DNA from: Alphaproteobacteria bacterium
GTDB lineage: Bacteria; Pseudomonadota; Alphaproteobacteria; JAJTHO01; CANGYM01
Reading direction: 5' to 3'
Assembly: GCA_044235825.1 (NCBI GenBank)
Contig: JBIIHL010000020.1
Coordinates: 4,494 to 28,493 of the forward strand
DNA: 24,000 bases
The notes beneath the pieces were generated by a model. That model was not told where the DNA came from. It worked only from the letters and a program-made list of their open reading frames with translations, and did no database searches. Made by a program: the position numbers and the translations under genes. Of this stretch, positions 8,670 to 18,854 are shown piece after piece; position 1 is the first letter of the stretch; each line of letters starts with the position of its first letter.

Positions 8670-9488
8670 CTAAACATAAAGACACGCACCTTCTTTGGCA
8701 AGACGAACGTGATGTCCCCATGTTTTTTCTAACGTCGCTTCCAAAGTTTTCAGATGATCATCTATGGCATCAGGGCTGTAATGAAACAGGAAAAATGTTT
8801 TTACGCCCGCTTTTTCCTGTAACCGAACCCCCTCTTGCCACGTGGAATGCCCCCACCCAATATAGGGGGTAAACTGCGTGTCGCAAAACATGCTGTCATA
8901 AATCAGACAATCACTGTTTTTGATAAAACCCACCAGATGTTCGTCGGTTTCCCCCACCGTGTGTTCGGTATCGGTGATATAACACAGGGACCCTGTCTCT
9001 GTGGGGATGCGATAGCCTGTGCTGCCCCCTGGATGATTCAGGGGGTGGGTGGCAATGGTGTGATTGCGTACTCTGACACTTTCCCCCTCGCCAAAGGCAT
9101 GAAAATGTAATGTGGCGCGAAAGGTCTCTGTGGTCACAGGGGAAAACGGGGGCGTGAGCATTTTTTTCAGCAGTCCATCCACCGTTTCCCCCGTGGCCGG
9201 TCTGGCATAAAAATGTACGGTATACGCCGGATCATACAGGGGGGCAAAAAAGGGAAGCCCCATAATATGATCCAAATGGGCATGTGATAATAAAATATGA
9301 ATGGTCCGATACCGCTTCACCAAATCCGAACGTCCCAGTTTTTGCAAACCGGATCCAGCATCCAAAATCAGCAAATCCTCCCCCAGCTCCACACTGACGC
9401 AGGACGTGTGCCCGCCGTAGTCCATAAAATCCGGCTCTGGACAGGGAATGGATCCACGCACGCCCCAAAAGGTCACGCGGGCGGTCAT
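8670..9488 (-). CDS. MBL-fold metallo-hydrolase (phosphodiesterase-like 'WGVRGSIP' family)
   Basis: MTARVTFWGVRGSIPCPEPDFMDYGGHTSCVSVELGEDLLILDAG, HAHLDHIMGLPFF, LIYDSMFCD. Start at 9488 overlaps the upstream gene stop (ATGA). Confidence 0.87.
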   Translation of the reverse strand: MTARVTFWGVRGSIPCPEPDFMDYGGHTSCVSVELGEDLLILDAGSGLQKLGRSDLVKRYRTIHILLSHAHLDHIMGLPFFAPLYDPAYTVHFYARPATGETVDGLLKKMLTPPFSPVTTETFRATLHFHAFGEGESVRVRNHTIATHPLNHPGGSTGYRIPTETGSLCYITDTEHTVGETDEHLVGFIKNSDCLIYDSMFCDTQFTPYIGWGHSTWQEGVRLQEKAGVKTFFLFHYSPDAIDDHLKTLEATLEKTWGHHVRLAKEGACLYV

Positions 9489-10984
9489 GCCGCAATCTCC
9501 TGCAAAACCACCTCGGTGGATTGATGGCCCCACAGACGGGGCCACGTGATCACACCCACATCGCTTTGTTTCTGCCGACGACGCACCTCTGATGTGGCAT
9601 CCGATGCATCCCCCGTCCGCTGATCCATTCTGGCCTCCGCCAAATCATCGGGGGCTTGCACCCAGAATCCGCGGAAAGCAATGCCTTCTTTTGTTAGCTG
9701 CTCTGCCAAAGCCTCCCTGCCCTCTGGCTGTAAAAAGGTTGCATCCAAAACAACATGTTGCCCCGTTTGCGCCAGCCCCAGGGCCAAGGTCTGCAGGCGA
9801 TGATAAACAGCCCTGTTTTTTTCATCGGTATAGGCCGTCTGGGGCAGAGTCTCCGTCACCGCCGCCCCATGCATCTGTTTACGCACATCATCGCTGGACA
9901 GCAAAACCGCCCCTGTTTTTTGGGAAAACGCTCGGGCCAGTGTTGTTTTCCCACTGCCGGCATAGCCCCCAAAGGCCGTCACAGAACCTTTGGAGGGTGA
10001 AATCAGAGACAGCGCCAAATCCAAATAAGCCTTGGCATCCCGCAAAAATCCCTCTTTCGCCCCTGCATCCGTCATGCCTTGGGCGATAGCCAAAGACACA
10101 TGAGAGCGAATGGCCGCCCGTATGGCCATAAACACGGGCATCAACAACAAACCCTCGATATCCCCTGTTTCCCGAATATATCTATGCTGAATCCAAAATC
10201 CCTCCCGCGCCATCCCCCGAAATTTCACATCCATCAGCAAAAACGCCAGATCATATCCCGTATCAATCTGGGCAAAGGCGTCATTAAATTCGATACAATC
10301 AAACAAAACAGGCTGGCCATCCGTGTCCACATAGATGTTTTTTAAATACAAATCCCCGTGACATTGCTTGATAAAACCAGCGGATCTCTGTTTTAAAAGA
10401 TCTTTATGCATCTCCAGCGCCGCCAGACATTGCTGCGTCAGTGCCCGTGTCTGATCGCGGGATAACGTATTGGGATAGGAGGCAAAACACCCATCATTCC
10501 CCTGCACCACCCCCACCATCATGGCGTAACCGTCAATGCCCGAAAGGGGCGCTTCGTTTTTATGAAACGCGGCAATCCCTGCGGCCAAACGTTCACACAC
10601 ATCCTCAGAAAAAGAAGCCTGTTCGGACAACAAACGGTGATCATCAAAACGATTCATCACAATGGCATAATCCACAACGGCATCCGCAGGATCCGTTGTA
10701 AAAAACAACGTCCCGTCAGGGTTCTGGGCAATCATCCGGATTTCCCGATACAGATGGGGGGCCGTGCGTTGATTCAGGGTCATTTCCCGAAAACACAGAT
10801 CGCGGCGTTTTTCTGGTGTGCTGTAATCCATGTACGGGAACAGAACCGGCTTTTTGACCTTTATGGCGATGTTGCCGCCAACGCCCACCCAAGCCCCATG
10901 GGTTTCATGAAGGGTGACAGGGCCACCGCCCTCATAATGACGGGGATCGTTTAAAAAAGCCCTCATGGCGTCTGACGTGTTCAT
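9485..10984 (-). CDS. Two-domain protein: aminoglycoside phosphotransferase-like kinase domain plus P-loop (AAA/zeta-toxin-like) kinase domain
   Basis: N-terminal kinase-like FIKQCHGDLYLKNIYVDTDGQPVLFDCIEFND; C-terminal Walker A GGYAGSGKTTLARAF and VVLDATFL...RGFWVQAPDDLAEARMDQR. Matches the COG2187/COG0645 fused architecture. Confidence 0.88.
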   Translation of the reverse strand: MNTSDAMRAFLNDPRHYEGGGPVTLHETHGAWVGVGGNIAIKVKKPVLFPYMDYSTPEKRRDLCFREMTLNQRTAPHLYREIRMIAQNPDGTLFFTTDPADAVVDYAIVMNRFDDHRLLSEQASFSEDVCERLAAGIAAFHKNEAPLSGIDGYAMMVGVVQGNDGCFASYPNTLSRDQTRALTQQCLAALEMHKDLLKQRSAGFIKQCHGDLYLKNIYVDTDGQPVLFDCIEFNDAFAQIDTGYDLAFLLMDVKFRGMAREGFWIQHRYIRETGDIEGLLLMPVFMAIRAAIRSHVSLAIAQGMTDAGAKEGFLRDAKAYLDLALSLISPSKGSVTAFGGYAGSGKTTLARAFSQKTGAVLLSSDDVRKQMHGAAVTETLPQTAYTDEKNRAVYHRLQTLALGLAQTGQHVVLDATFLQPEGREALAEQLTKEGIAFRGFWVQAPDDLAEARMDQRTGDASDATSEVRRRQKQSDVGVITWPRLWGHQSTEVVLQEIAA

Positions 10985-11003
10985 AAAGGCACCTCTTGAT
11001 TCT

Positions 11004-11597
11004 TTAGGGATAGAGTAAGCGGGTTGTCCATGTCATGCTGCGACATTTGTCATAAACCAAACGGCGATGCAAACGGTGGGGTTGATCTTGCCAAAACTCC
11101 ATCGTTTCGGGAATTAACAAAAATCCCCCCCAATGTTCTGGACGGGGCACATCTTGGCCCCCAAAGGCCTGTGAAAAGTCAGCAAAACGTTGATTCAGAA
11201 CATCACGATGCGGCAAAGCCTGCGACTGCAAAGACGCATGCGCCCCCATTTGGCTTTCTCTGGACCGTGTTGCAAAATAGGCATCGGATACGGCGGCCTC
11301 TGTTTTCCTGACCATCCCCTCGATCCGAACCTGCAGGCGCAGGCTTTTCCAGTGAAAACACAGGCTGGCAAAGGGACGCGCCACCAGATGCTGGGCCTTA
11401 ACACTGTTGTAATTGGTGAAAAAAGAAAAACCATCTTTATCCACCTGTTTCACCAAAATGATGCGGCTGCTGGGGCGGCCCCGATGATCCACCGTGCACA
11501 GGTTGGCCGCATTGGGATCATTGATTTCGGCGGCTTCGGCGTGTTGATACCAGTTTTGAAACAGGGTAAAGGGACAGTCGGACTCTGAGATGATCAT
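11004..11597 (-). CDS. pdxH: Pyridoxamine 5'-phosphate oxidase (PdxH)
   Basis: ANLCTVDHRGRPSSRIILVKQVDKDGFSFFTNYNSVKAQHL, FCFHWKSLRLQVRIEG-like, SYFATRSRESQMGAHASLQS, RPEHWGGFLLIPETMEFWQDQPHRLHRR. Start likely at 11597 rather than 11678. Confidence 0.93.
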   Translation of the reverse strand: MIISESDCPFTLFQNWYQHAEAAEINDPNAANLCTVDHRGRPSSRIILVKQVDKDGFSFFTNYNSVKAQHLVARPFASLCFHWKSLRLQVRIEGMVRKTEAAVSDAYFATRSRESQMGAHASLQSQALPHRDVLNQRFADFSQAFGGQDVPRPEHWGGFLLIPETMEFWQDQPHRLHRRLVYDKCRSMTWTTRLLYP

Positions 11598-11670
11598 GCT
11601 TATTCCTTGCGCTTTTGCTGCAAGAGTGTAGTGTGCATTCACAAAAGAATCAAAAGGAACTTCACCCCCC

Positions 11671-12993
11671 ATGACCATGGACCGTATGATGATTCAGGGC
11701 ACGGGAACCCCTTTGCGGGGTCAGGTGTCCATCAGCGGGTCCAAAAACGCCGCCCTGCCCATTATGGCGGCCAGCTTGCTGAGTGAAGAGCCCCTGAATC
11801 TGCTGAATGTTCCCGATTTGAACGACACCCGCGTCATGATGGACTTGCTGGGGGATATTGGGGTCCAAATCACCCTGAAACACCCCACAGATGGGGAACT
11901 GGCTCTGTCTTTAAAAGCCCCCCAAAACGCCCTGAATCCCCAATGCCCGATAGAGACCGCCCGAAAAATGCGGGCCTCTGTGATTGTGCTGGGGCCTTTG
12001 CTGGCACGCCTTGGTCGGGCCACCGTGCCTTTGCCTGGGGGCTGCCCCATCGGGGCCCGCCCTCTGGATGTTCACGAAGATGCCCTTACGGCCCTCGGGG
12101 CTGTCATTGAGTACAGGGATCAGGCCCTTTATGCTTTTTGTGAGACAGGGCTCAAAGGGGCCACCGTTCGCCTGCGCTTCCCTTCCGTTGGGGCCACGGA
12201 AAATGCCATGATGGCCGCCACTTTGGCAGAGGGGACCAGTGTTTTTCACAATGCGGCGAAGGAGCCTGAAATTGTTGATTTGGCAGATTGCCTGAATGCC
12301 ATGGGGGCCAAGGTTGAGGGGGCGGGCACAGATACCCTGACCATCCACGGGGTGCCCCGCCTGCACGGCGCCACCCACACCATCATTCCGGATCGGATCG
12401 AGGCCATGACCTATCTGATCGCCGCCGCCCTGACGCGGGGGGATGTCACGTTAACAGGGGCCAATAAGGATCATATTCAGGGGGAAATCGCGTGTCTTCA
12501 TGCCATGGGCTTTGATGTTCAGGCCATCGATGCCACCACCCTTCGCCTGAATGCAGCAGGGGCCCAGCCCAAACCGGCCCAATTCACAACCGCCCCCTAT
12601 CCTGGGTTGCCCACAGATGTTCAGGCCCAAATGATGGTGCTGATGACCAGCATTGCCGGCGAATCCCACATCACCGAAACCATTTTTGAAAACCGTTTTC
12701 AACATGTATCCGCCCTACAGGCCATGGGCGCACACATCACACAGCACGGGGAAACCTGCACCATTCAGGGTGGCTTCCCCCTGCATGGGGCGGATGTTGA
12801 GGCCACGGATTTACGGGCCTCGTCCTCTTTGGTGCTGGCAGGTTTAATGGCAAAGGGCACCACCACCGTGGGGGGCCTGCACCACCTGTACCGCGGGTAT
12901 GTGCGCCTGCCTGAAAAATTACAGGCCTGCGGGGCCAAGGTGGAGCGTCTCAGGGGGGACTCTAAGGATCACGCTGCTGGCTTAGGCTTCTAA
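11671..12993 (+). CDS. murA: UDP-N-acetylglucosamine 1-carboxyvinyltransferase (MurA)
   Basis: [40 protein letters not shown] (active-site Cys loop retained), [78 protein letters not shown]. Confidence 0.96.
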   Translation: MTMDRMMIQGTGTPLRGQVSISGSKNAALPIMAASLLSEEPLNLLNVPDLNDTRVMMDLLGDIGVQITLKHPTDGELALSLKAPQNALNPQCPIETARKMRASVIVLGPLLARLGRATVPLPGGCPIGARPLDVHEDALTALGAVIEYRDQALYAFCETGLKGATVRLRFPSVGATENAMMAATLAEGTSVFHNAAKEPEIVDLADCLNAMGAKVEGAGTDTLTIHGVPRLHGATHTIIPDRIEAMTYLIAAALTRGDVTLTGANKDHIQGEIACLHAMGFDVQAIDATTLRLNAAGAQPKPAQFTTAPYPGLPTDVQAQMMVLMTSIAGESHITETIFENRFQHVSALQAMGAHITQHGETCTIQGGFPLHGADVEATDLRASSSLVLAGLMAKGTTTVGGLHHLYRGYVRLPEKLQACGAKVERLRGDSKDHAAGLGF

Positions 12994-14000
12994 GAATCTT
13001 CCCGCAAAGTCCCCATCCCCAAATGACGAAAGGCGGCCTCTGCCAACATCCGCCCGCGAGGGGTGCGGTGGATCAGGCCCTGTTGAATTAAAAAGGGCTC
13101 AATCACGTCCTCCAGAGTGTCTTTGGCTTCGCCCAAGGCGGCCGCCAACGTTTCAATCCCCACCGGCCCCCCCTGATAATGCACGGCGATGGTGGATAAA
13201 TACCGACGATCAAAGGCATCCAGTCCCAAATCATCCACATCCAGCGCCCGCAACGTTTCATCCACATGATCCGCCGTCAAATGCGGCTGTCCGGACAGGG
13301 TATAAAAATCCCGAATCCGTCGCATCAAGCGTCCGGCGATACGGGGGGTCCCGCGTGAACGTCGGGCCACGGCCATGGCGGCCTCAGGATGCATGGACAA
13401 ATCCCACTTGGATGCGGCACGCTGCACAATGCGGCATAAATCTTGGGGTTCGTAAAATTCCAACCGGCACAAAATACCAAAACGATCCCGCAGCGGATTG
13501 GTCAGCAGGCCAGAGCGCGTCGTGGCCCCAACCAAAGTAAAGGGCTGAAGATCAATACGCAACGTCCGCGCAGAGGGCCCCTCACCCAAAACAATGTCCA
13601 GCTGAAAATCCTCCATGGCGGCGTACAAAACCTCCTCCACCTGAACCGGCAGGCGGTGGATTTCATCAATGAACAACACATCATGGGCCTGCAGATTCGT
13701 CAAAATCGCCGCCAAATCCCCACTTTTGGTCAGCAGGGGGCCCGATGTGGCTTTAAACCCCACCTCGCGCTCGTTTGCGATAATTTGGGCCAGCGTGGTT
13801 TTGCCCAAACCTGGGGGGCCATAAAATAACAAATGATCCAGCACATCCCCCCGTGCCTTCGATGCCTCAATGCAAACCTTCAGGTTATGGCACAACTGAT
13901 CCTGACCGATAAAATCCGACAAACGCTTGGGGCGCAAGGACGATACTTCATCGGGAATCTGAGGGTCCAACAGGGGGTTGCGGGCGGGGGCGGATGTCAT
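12990..14000 (-). CDS. ruvB: Holliday junction branch migration DNA helicase RuvB
   Basis: [84 protein letters not shown]. Confidence 0.97.
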   Translation of the reverse strand: MTSAPARNPLLDPQIPDEVSSLRPKRLSDFIGQDQLCHNLKVCIEASKARGDVLDHLLFYGPPGLGKTTLAQIIANEREVGFKATSGPLLTKSGDLAAILTNLQAHDVLFIDEIHRLPVQVEEVLYAAMEDFQLDIVLGEGPSARTLRIDLQPFTLVGATTRSGLLTNPLRDRFGILCRLEFYEPQDLCRIVQRAASKWDLSMHPEAAMAVARRSRGTPRIAGRLMRRIRDFYTLSGQPHLTADHVDETLRALDVDDLGLDAFDRRYLSTIAVHYQGGPVGIETLAAALGEAKDTLEDVIEPFLIQQGLIHRTPRGRMLAEAAFRHLGMGTLREDS

Positions 14001-14269
14001 GGCACGCCCTTAATCTCAATAGACAACGCATGCACACGCTCTTTCAGCTCTTTTGCTAGGGCATCATAAATTAAACGATGTTGGGCCACGCGGGATAAAC
14101 CGTCAAAGGCGGGGGCGTTGATGGCAATATGAAAATGGGTCTCCCCCAAGGCATGGGCGCCGCTGTGGCCAGCGTGGTTGTGGGAATCATCCCGCACCAG
14201 CAAATAGGTGGGCTGAAACGCCTGCGTCAGGTTGTCCGTTATGCGCTGAAAATAGGGGGCGTCACTCAT
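13997..14269 (-). CDS. BolA family protein
   Basis: Small protein with [49 protein letters not shown]...[10 protein letters not shown], typical BolA. Confidence 0.92.
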   Translation of the reverse strand: MSDAPYFQRITDNLTQAFQPTYLLVRDDSHNHAGHSGAHALGETHFHIAINAPAFDGLSRVAQHRLIYDALAKELKERVHALSIEIKGVP

Positions 14270-15282
14270 GCCAGATCAGACGCATAAACCGTTTTATCTC
14301 TATTGCTGTGGTGCTTATAATAATGAGCCATCATGGCCGCCACAGCGCAGGATCCAATGCGGGATTCCACCCCATCCGCACGGGACGTTAAGATAATCGG
14401 CACCCGCGCCCCCACAATCATCCCCACGGCGTAGGCGCCGGAAAGATAAATCAATTGCTTGGCCAAGATATTTCCGGCCTCTAGATCCGGCACCAGCAAA
14501 ATACCGGCATCACCAGCCACGGGGGAGAGAATGCCTTTGGTTTTGGCGGCCTCCAGATTCATGGCATTATCATAGGCCAAAGGGCCATCCAACAAAGCCC
14601 CCGTGATTTGTCCACGATCCGCCATTTTGCACAGGGCGGCAGCATCCAATGTGGATTGAATGCTGGGATTCACGGTTTCAATGGCGGAAAGAATGGCCAC
14701 CTTCACAGGGTTTTTATGATGGGTTTTAGGATGGTAATAGTGCCGCATAATATGGGCAAAATCAATGGCGTTTTGACAAATATCCCGCTTTGTCATCAGG
14801 TCTGGATAAATGTTCACGGCGGCGTCTGTCACGATAAAGGGCCGGTGATACCCATCCACAGACATCAAAAAAACGTGACTGATGCGGCGTTCGGTGCGCA
14901 GGCCGGTTTCTTTTTTCACAACCTCGCCCATCAATTCGTCGGTGTGCAGGCTGCCCTTCATGATGGCATCGATATTTCCCGCACGCACCAGTTCAACCGT
15001 TTTTTTGGCCGATGCATGGCTGTGGGACGTATCCACGATTTCATAGGGGCTCAGGTCAATATCGCATGCCTGCGCCACCTGATGAATTTTGGATTGGGGG
15101 CCAATCAGGATGGGTACGATCAGGCCCACCTCGGCTGCCTCGATGGTGCCCCGCAAAGAGGTTTCGCTGCAGGGGTGACACACTGCCGTGCGCACAGCCT
15201 CAAGACCTTGACAAAGGTCCATAAGCATTTCATATCCTCTTTTGGGATCATATCCTTTTAGGGATGTGCGTTTCATCGTCAT
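14266..15282 (-). CDS. Phosphate acetyltransferase/butyryltransferase family protein
   Basis: VRAGNIDAIMKGSLHTDELM, RRISHVFLMSVDGYHRPFIVTDAAVNIYPDL, ITGALLDGPLAYDNAMN, GDAGILLVPDLEAGNILAKQLIYLSGA. Confidence 0.9.
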   Translation of the reverse strand: MTMKRTSLKGYDPKRGYEMLMDLCQGLEAVRTAVCHPCSETSLRGTIEAAEVGLIVPILIGPQSKIHQVAQACDIDLSPYEIVDTSHSHASAKKTVELVRAGNIDAIMKGSLHTDELMGEVVKKETGLRTERRISHVFLMSVDGYHRPFIVTDAAVNIYPDLMTKRDICQNAIDFAHIMRHYYHPKTHHKNPVKVAILSAIETVNPSIQSTLDAAALCKMADRGQITGALLDGPLAYDNAMNLEAAKTKGILSPVAGDAGILLVPDLEAGNILAKQLIYLSGAYAVGMIVGARVPIILTSRADGVESRIGSCAVAAMMAHYYKHHSNRDKTVYASDLA

Positions 15283-15354
15283 GGGGATATCCTTGACTTT
15301 TTTCCCTTGGATCCCAACTATACTGGAAATTCATCGATCAGCAAGAGGTTATCC

Positions 15355-17697
15355 ATGGTTTTACGGGTTTTGGCATGGGCATTGCTCGGGATTGTTGTCC
15401 TGCTTGGCATCGGGCTTTACAGCATAAACGATGTGATCAAAGCCCCCTATATCCGCGATCAGATTGTGGCGCAGGTCCAAAAAGCCACCGGACGCACCCT
15501 GACCATAAACGGCGACATGGCCATTCATTGGGGACTGTCCCCACGCCTGAGCCTGAATGGCATAAGCCTGAGCAATGCCCCCTTTGACACCACCGGCCCG
15601 ATGGTGCAGGCTAAAACAATCGACCTGAACATTGCCTTTCTTCCTTTAATTTTTGGGGATGTGGTCGTTGATGGGCTGGATGTGGGGGGGATGACTGTGC
15701 GCCTGACCATTGATCCCAAGGGCAACACCAACTGGACACTCTCCCCCCCTGCCCCGCAACAGACCCCAAATACCGATGCCCAAGCCCCCGCATCCTCTGC
15801 AAAACCCCCCGCAGCCCCCCATCTGGTGATCCGCAATCTGTCCATTCGGGACAGCGTTGTTCTTTTCACCGATCAACGGACCAACACAACGACACAGGAA
15901 ACGCTGGACATTGCCAACCTGACCCTAGAGGGCCAGACCAAAGGGCACCGTTTCTCTCTGACAGGGGGATTGCGCCAAACCCCGCTGAGTCTTTCGGGGA
16001 CGATTCAGGACAGTCTGGCCCTGTTGTCCCGCACGGGACAAAGCCCCCTCACCCTGAAAGGCACGCTGGCCGATGTGGGATTTACGGCCGCGGGCATCAT
16101 CACAAAACATCTGGGGGCACTCAGCAAAGCCGAGGGCACCCTGACCCTGAACGCATCCGCTTGGCCCAAGGCGTTTCCGTCGCCGGATCTGCCGCCCATG
16201 ACCATGAAAACGGGGATTTTGTATACGCCGGAATCCGTGACATGGACGCAAGGGGAGATCACCAGCCTGGGGGCCACCGTCACCAGCAACGGCACGTACC
16301 GTTTGAAAGAGGGATCCTTTGATGGGGCCATTCAGGTGGCGTCTTCGGGATCTGCCGATCTGGCCACACGATTTCAGGTGCCTTTGTTGCAAAAGCCCCT
16401 GTCTGTCAAAGGCCGCCTTCAGAAAAAAGGGGACGTCATCACGTGGGGCAAGGTGAAGGGCACACTGGGCACCGCCACGACGGTTGAAAGCGACGGGACC
16501 CTGCGCTGGCCACAGGGGGCCGCCGTCCCCACGTTGGTGCAGGCGGATATACGCAGCCCTCTGGTGGTGCTGGCGGATCTGCAAACACCGGCCCCTGCCC
16601 CTGCTGCGCCCTCTGGGGCATCGGCGTTGCCTGAAAACGCCGCGCAAAACGATGCCGCCCCCACACCCAAGCCCGCGCCTGCCCCCGCCTCTTGGCGGCA
16701 GATCACCCTGTATCCCACCCCGTGGTCTGGTCTGCGCGGTGTGATCACGGTCAGTCTGGATCATGTTCGGGAAACGGCAGAGGCAGGGGATCTGTTGACC
16801 CAAGTCACCCTACGCGCCACCCAACAGGACGCCTTGGCCATGGAGGGTCGGGGGCGTTTTTATCAGGATGGGGGGATGACCTTTTCGGCCTCTTTAACGC
16901 CGCAGCCGCAGGGCCCCAAACCCACAACCCCACCCAAGGCAACCTTGGCCATGCTGCTGAATGTCACCCATCCCAATGTGGGGGCCTTGCTGAAAACAAC
17001 CGGCCTGACCTCTGCGATGCAGGGGGGGGGCAGTCACCTTTTGGCCAATGTCCAGGGCACCGGCCACACCCCTCAGACGGTGCTGGCCACCCTTTCTGGG
17101 GATGTCACCTTGGGCATGGGGCCGGCCACGGTTCAAAGCGAAGCCCTGCTTTCCTCCTTTGTGTCCGGTGATTTGGCGCGGGCTCTGCTGGGGGATCAAA
17201 AAACGCTGCCCCTCTCTTGCATCGCCACAAACTGGCCCTTTGTTCAGGGGGTGGCCACCACCCCCGTGACGCTGCTGGAAAGCCCCGCCGTGCGGGTATG
17301 GGGAACGGGCACCATCACTCTGGGCTCCAGCACCGTGGCCATGACCTTAACCCCCACGCCCAAAGACCCCCTGCTGGCGACCTTGGCGGTGCCGGTATCG
17401 GTTACGGGACCTTTGGATGCGCCCCGCGCCTCTTTGGGCAAGCAAGGGGTGGAAACCCTGACAAACACCGTGTTGTCCCTGATTCAAAACAAAGGGAAAC
17501 TGCCCGCCGCCCCCCTGCCCGCCAACGACGACATCTGCGCCAAGGTCCTGATTCCGCTGAAGGATGGGCGGTTTGAGGTGCGGGGGGTTAGTAACTCATC
17601 CCTCCCTCAAACCGCGCCTGAAGAACAGCCCTCTCAGAAGACCCACCCCCTGAAGAAGAAGGAGATTCTTGAGGGGTTGCGGGGGTTGTGGAGGTAG
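15355..17697 (+). CDS. AsmA family outer-membrane-biogenesis-like protein
   Basis: N-terminal TM segment (VLRVLAWALLGIVVLLGIGLYSIN), ATGRTLTINGDMAIHWGLSPRLSLNGISLSNAP, long repetitive beta-rich body, late DVTLGMGPATVQSEALLSSFVSGDLARALLG. ATG at 15355 has AAGAGG upstream. Confidence 0.88.
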   Translation: MVLRVLAWALLGIVVLLGIGLYSINDVIKAPYIRDQIVAQVQKATGRTLTINGDMAIHWGLSPRLSLNGISLSNAPFDTTGPMVQAKTIDLNIAFLPLIFGDVVVDGLDVGGMTVRLTIDPKGNTNWTLSPPAPQQTPNTDAQAPASSAKPPAAPHLVIRNLSIRDSVVLFTDQRTNTTTQETLDIANLTLEGQTKGHRFSLTGGLRQTPLSLSGTIQDSLALLSRTGQSPLTLKGTLADVGFTAAGIITKHLGALSKAEGTLTLNASAWPKAFPSPDLPPMTMKTGILYTPESVTWTQGEITSLGATVTSNGTYRLKEGSFDGAIQVASSGSADLATRFQVPLLQKPLSVKGRLQKKGDVITWGKVKGTLGTATTVESDGTLRWPQGAAVPTLVQADIRSPLVVLADLQTPAPAPAAPSGASALPENAAQNDAAPTPKPAPAPASWRQITLYPTPWSGLRGVITVSLDHVRETAEAGDLLTQVTLRATQQDALAMEGRGRFYQDGGMTFSASLTPQPQGPKPTTPPKATLAMLLNVTHPNVGALLKTTGLTSAMQGGGSHLLANVQGTGHTPQTVLATLSGDVTLGMGPATVQSEALLSSFVSGDLARALLGDQKTLPLSCIATNWPFVQGVATTPVTLLESPAVRVWGTGTITLGSSTVAMTLTPTPKDPLLATLAVPVSVTGPLDAPRASLGKQGVETLTNTVLSLIQNKGKLPAAPLPANDDICAKVLIPLKDGRFEVRGVSNSSLPQTAPEEQPSQKTHPLKKKEILEGLRGLWR

Positions 17698-18691
17698 GGG
17701 GTAATTCAGCCAATCTACCTTTTATTAAACTGACAAACGTAGGATAACTGGATAAAGGATTTTGGCTATCGGGGGCAATAACGTCCAAACAGCGCTGTAA
17801 AAAAAGCCTCCCTGTGTTTAATTTTTTATCCAAAATTCTAATAATATAATCCTCTAGTTTTGAACTCTCTAATGGTGAATTTTTGCATTGTGAAAAACTG
17901 TTCAAAATACTTCCCCGAACCCCTTGTTCGGCTGCGATATATGCTCCGTTTAAGGCCACGCTCTCACGGCGATAATTAATACTACCGAAATCTCTTTGGT
18001 CGATCTCTTGCAAAGCAGATGGATAATTCGTTCCCATCTGAGATCTGAAAGCATTTACAAAACTTTCTAACGCTTTTTGCTGGGCATCATATGGTCTATC
18101 GGGCGAATACGATGTCATGATCGCTGACATCAGGAAGGTTCTAGAAATATCAGAAACCTTAACGTTATCGTTAATTCTAAGCAATTGCTTAATGGCTTGT
18201 TTTAAAGGTCTTTTTTCTCCTTTGGGGGAATCCTGATGCAGTTCAGATTGTTCTAGTAGCAAAGCCTGTTCAAATTCTTCTGCTAGCAAAGCAACTAGAG
18301 CATCCACCCATTTTGGGTCAAGTTGATCTTTCTTTAAATTCACTATGGGAATAGCAAACAAACTATCGTTAGAATCCTTGCCAAGCCATCTAGCTTCAAG
18401 AAGGGCACTATCATACCGTTTATTAAAATCATCCAAGTCTTGCGAGTCTAAAAACGCTATCAAGTCAGGATCTTCCAAAGGAACCCAAGTGGCTCCTCTT
18501 TCTACTGCATTATAAACAAAAGATTTTACAAGATATTCTTTCAAAGCATGGTCCACATCAGAGCCCTTGGCGGTGACGGCTCTCATACTGTCGAGATCCT
18601 CTGGATTTAATCGAACTAATGCTTCGATACAGGATGCAAGATTTGCTTTTGCGCTTTCGAGGTCCTCTGGATTAACAATTCTAGTAATCAT
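17588..18691 (-). CDS. Hypothetical protein (367 aa), AT-rich, no recognised family
   Basis: Single long ORF with no overlapping alternative of comparable length over most of its span. It starts in an AT-rich regulatory region. Its 3' end overlaps the asmA-like gene by ~110 bp, convergently. Confidence 0.72.
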   Translation of the reverse strand: MITRIVNPEDLESAKANLASCIEALVRLNPEDLDSMRAVTAKGSDVDHALKEYLVKSFVYNAVERGATWVPLEDPDLIAFLDSQDLDDFNKRYDSALLEARWLGKDSNDSLFAIPIVNLKKDQLDPKWVDALVALLAEEFEQALLLEQSELHQDSPKGEKRPLKQAIKQLLRINDNVKVSDISRTFLMSAIMTSYSPDRPYDAQQKALESFVNAFRSQMGTNYPSALQEIDQRDFGSINYRRESVALNGAYIAAEQGVRGSILNSFSQCKNSPLESSKLEDYIIRILDKKLNTGRLFLQRCLDVIAPDSQNPLSSYPTFVSLIKGRLAELPPTSTTPATPQESPSSSGGGSSERAVLQARFEGGMSY

Positions 18692-18825
18692 AATTCACGT
18701 TCCATCTCTATATTTAACATTTTATAAAGTTACAAAAAAATTTTATTTCTACCGTAACAAATATCACATTTTCCCGCCAAACCCAAAAAAATTTTTTGGG
18801 GGGGTGATGTTTTGGGATCAAAATC

Positions 18826-18854
18826 TTGACAAAAATCTCTATTATCGCTACACT
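18826..18854 (+). promoter_or_regulatory. Putative sigma70 promoter of the TA operon: TTGACA (18826-18831), 17 nt spacer, TACACT (18849-18854)
   Basis: Perfect -35 consensus, exact 17 nt spacer, located 27-36 nt upstream of the candidate antitoxin starts. Confidence 0.6.

Noticed and set aside
8670-9488. Beta-lactamase
   Set aside because: The WGVRGSIP...HAHLDH signature is that of phosphodiesterase-like MBL hydrolases, not class B beta-lactamases.
9592-10089. 165 aa plus-strand ORF
   Set aside because: Antisense to the APH/P-loop fusion kinase; Pro-rich shadow translation.
9485-10984. Aminoglycoside resistance gene
   Set aside because: The APH-like domain belongs to a broadly distributed chromosomal fusion family. 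Nothing in the context suggests a resistance determinant.
14608-15261. 217 aa plus-strand ORF
   Set aside because: Entirely antisense to the well-supported phosphate acyltransferase gene; composition is typical of a shadow ORF.
15925-16803. 292 aa minus-strand ORF
   Set aside because: Entirely antisense to the AsmA-family gene; Arg/Gly-rich shadow translation caused by high GC.
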